A program made the position numbers and the translations under genes. DNA of 48,643 bases from Methylovirgula sp. GTDB taxonomy: Bacteria > Pseudomonadota > Alphaproteobacteria > Rhizobiales > Beijerinckiaceae. The stretch covers positions 1 to 48,643 of the forward strand of contig JBOHJJ010000056.1 of assembly GCA_050728495.1 (NCBI GenBank), in the 5' to 3' direction. The notes beneath the pieces were generated by a model. It did not search any database, had not been told where the DNA came from, and saw only the letters and a program-made list of their open reading frames with translations. Shown here piece after piece: positions 47,901 to 48,643 of this stretch. Numbering within the stretch: the first letter of the stretch is position 1; each line of letters starts with the position of its first letter.

Positions 47901-48643
47901 ATGACGGATGCCGATATCGAGGCCACCCGGGCGCCCTTGATGGATCACCTGATCGAGCTTCGCTCGCGGCTCATCCGCGCGCTTCTTGCCTTCGTCGTGA
48001 TCTTCGTGATTTGCTTTTTCTTCGCCAAGAACATCTACAACGTCCTGCTCCTTCCCTACGAACACGCGGCGGGACCCCATGCGCGGCTCATCTACACCGC
48101 GCCGCAGGAATATTTCTTCACGCAGATCAAAGTGGCGATTTTCGCGGCGGCGTTTCTTTCATGTCCGATCGTCTTTGCGCAGCTTTATGCGTTCGTGGCG
48201 CCGGGCCTCTACCGGCGCGAACGCCAGGCGTTCGCCCCCTATCTTTTTGCGACGCCGGTATTCTTCGCGCTCGGCGCGCTGCTCGTCTATTTCGTGGTGA
48301 TGCCCAATCTGCTCGGCTTTTTCCTCGGGATGCAGCAGGCGCAGGCGCCGGGCAGGGCCGAGATCGAGCTTCTGCCGCGCGTCAGCGAATATTTGTCGTT
48401 GATTATGACGCTGATCTTCGCGTTCGGCATCGTCTTTCAGCTGCCGGTGGTGCTTACTCTGCTGGGCCGGGTCGGGATCATCGATTCGGGTTTTCTGCGC
48501 CGCCAGCGGCGCTATGCCGTGGTTCTCGTCTTTGTCGTCGCCGCGGTGCTGACGCCGCCCGATATTTTTTCGATGCTGGCGCTTGCCGTTCCGGGCATGC
48601 TCCTCTACGAGCTGTCGATCCTATCGGTCGCCTTCGTCGAGAA
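47901..48643 (+). CDS. tatC: Sec-independent translocase subunit TatC (3' end outside the window)
   Basis: MTDADIEATRAPLMDHLIELRSRL, FVAPGLY, FQLPVV, AAVLTPPD, LYELSI. Confidence 0.95.
   Translation, partial: MTDADIEATRAPLMDHLIELRSRLIRALLAFVVIFVICFFFAKNIYNVLLLPYEHAAGPHARLIYTAPQEYFFTQIKVAIFAAAFLSCPIVFAQLYAFVAPGLYRRERQAFAPYLFATPVFFALGALLVYFVVMPNLLGFFLGMQQAQAPGRAEIELLPRVSEYLSLIMTLIFAFGIVFQLPVVLTLLGRVGIIDSGFLRRQRRYAVVLVFVVAAVLTPPDIFSMLALAVPGMLLYELSILSVAFVE

Overview
GC-rich alphaproteobacterial chromosome segment. Gene order and protein style point to Hyphomicrobiales, probably Beijerinckiaceae-like (inference). About 31 kb is the core transcription/translation superoperon: secE-nusG-rplKAJL-rpoBC, str, S10, spc, secY-adk and the alpha operon. 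The left flank holds tRNA-Gly(TCC), a ybjQ-like gene, a secreted YHS-like gene, tRNA-Trp(CCA) and a sulfate ABC operon (sbp-cysT-cysW-cysA) placed between tRNA-Trp and secE. The right flank holds DUF4260, degQ, an orphan ParA-like ATPase, rarA, two low-GC orphan ORFs, an RluA-family gene, ppc, ATP12 and tatABC (tatC truncated). I found no CRISPR array, integrase, transposase or rRNA. Most of the window is ordinary housekeeping. The best leads are: (1) four roughly 23-25 aa insertions on the predicted periplasmic face of Sbp, CysT and CysW; (2) a roughly 60 aa Ala/Lys-rich expansion in ribosomal protein L5; (3) an orphan ParA with a near-consensus CtrA box; (4) a low-GC two-gene cassette next to a decayed palindromic repeat; (5) an Asn-to-His change in the RpoB rifampicin pocket. 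Comparisons with reference proteins were made from memory and are approximate.
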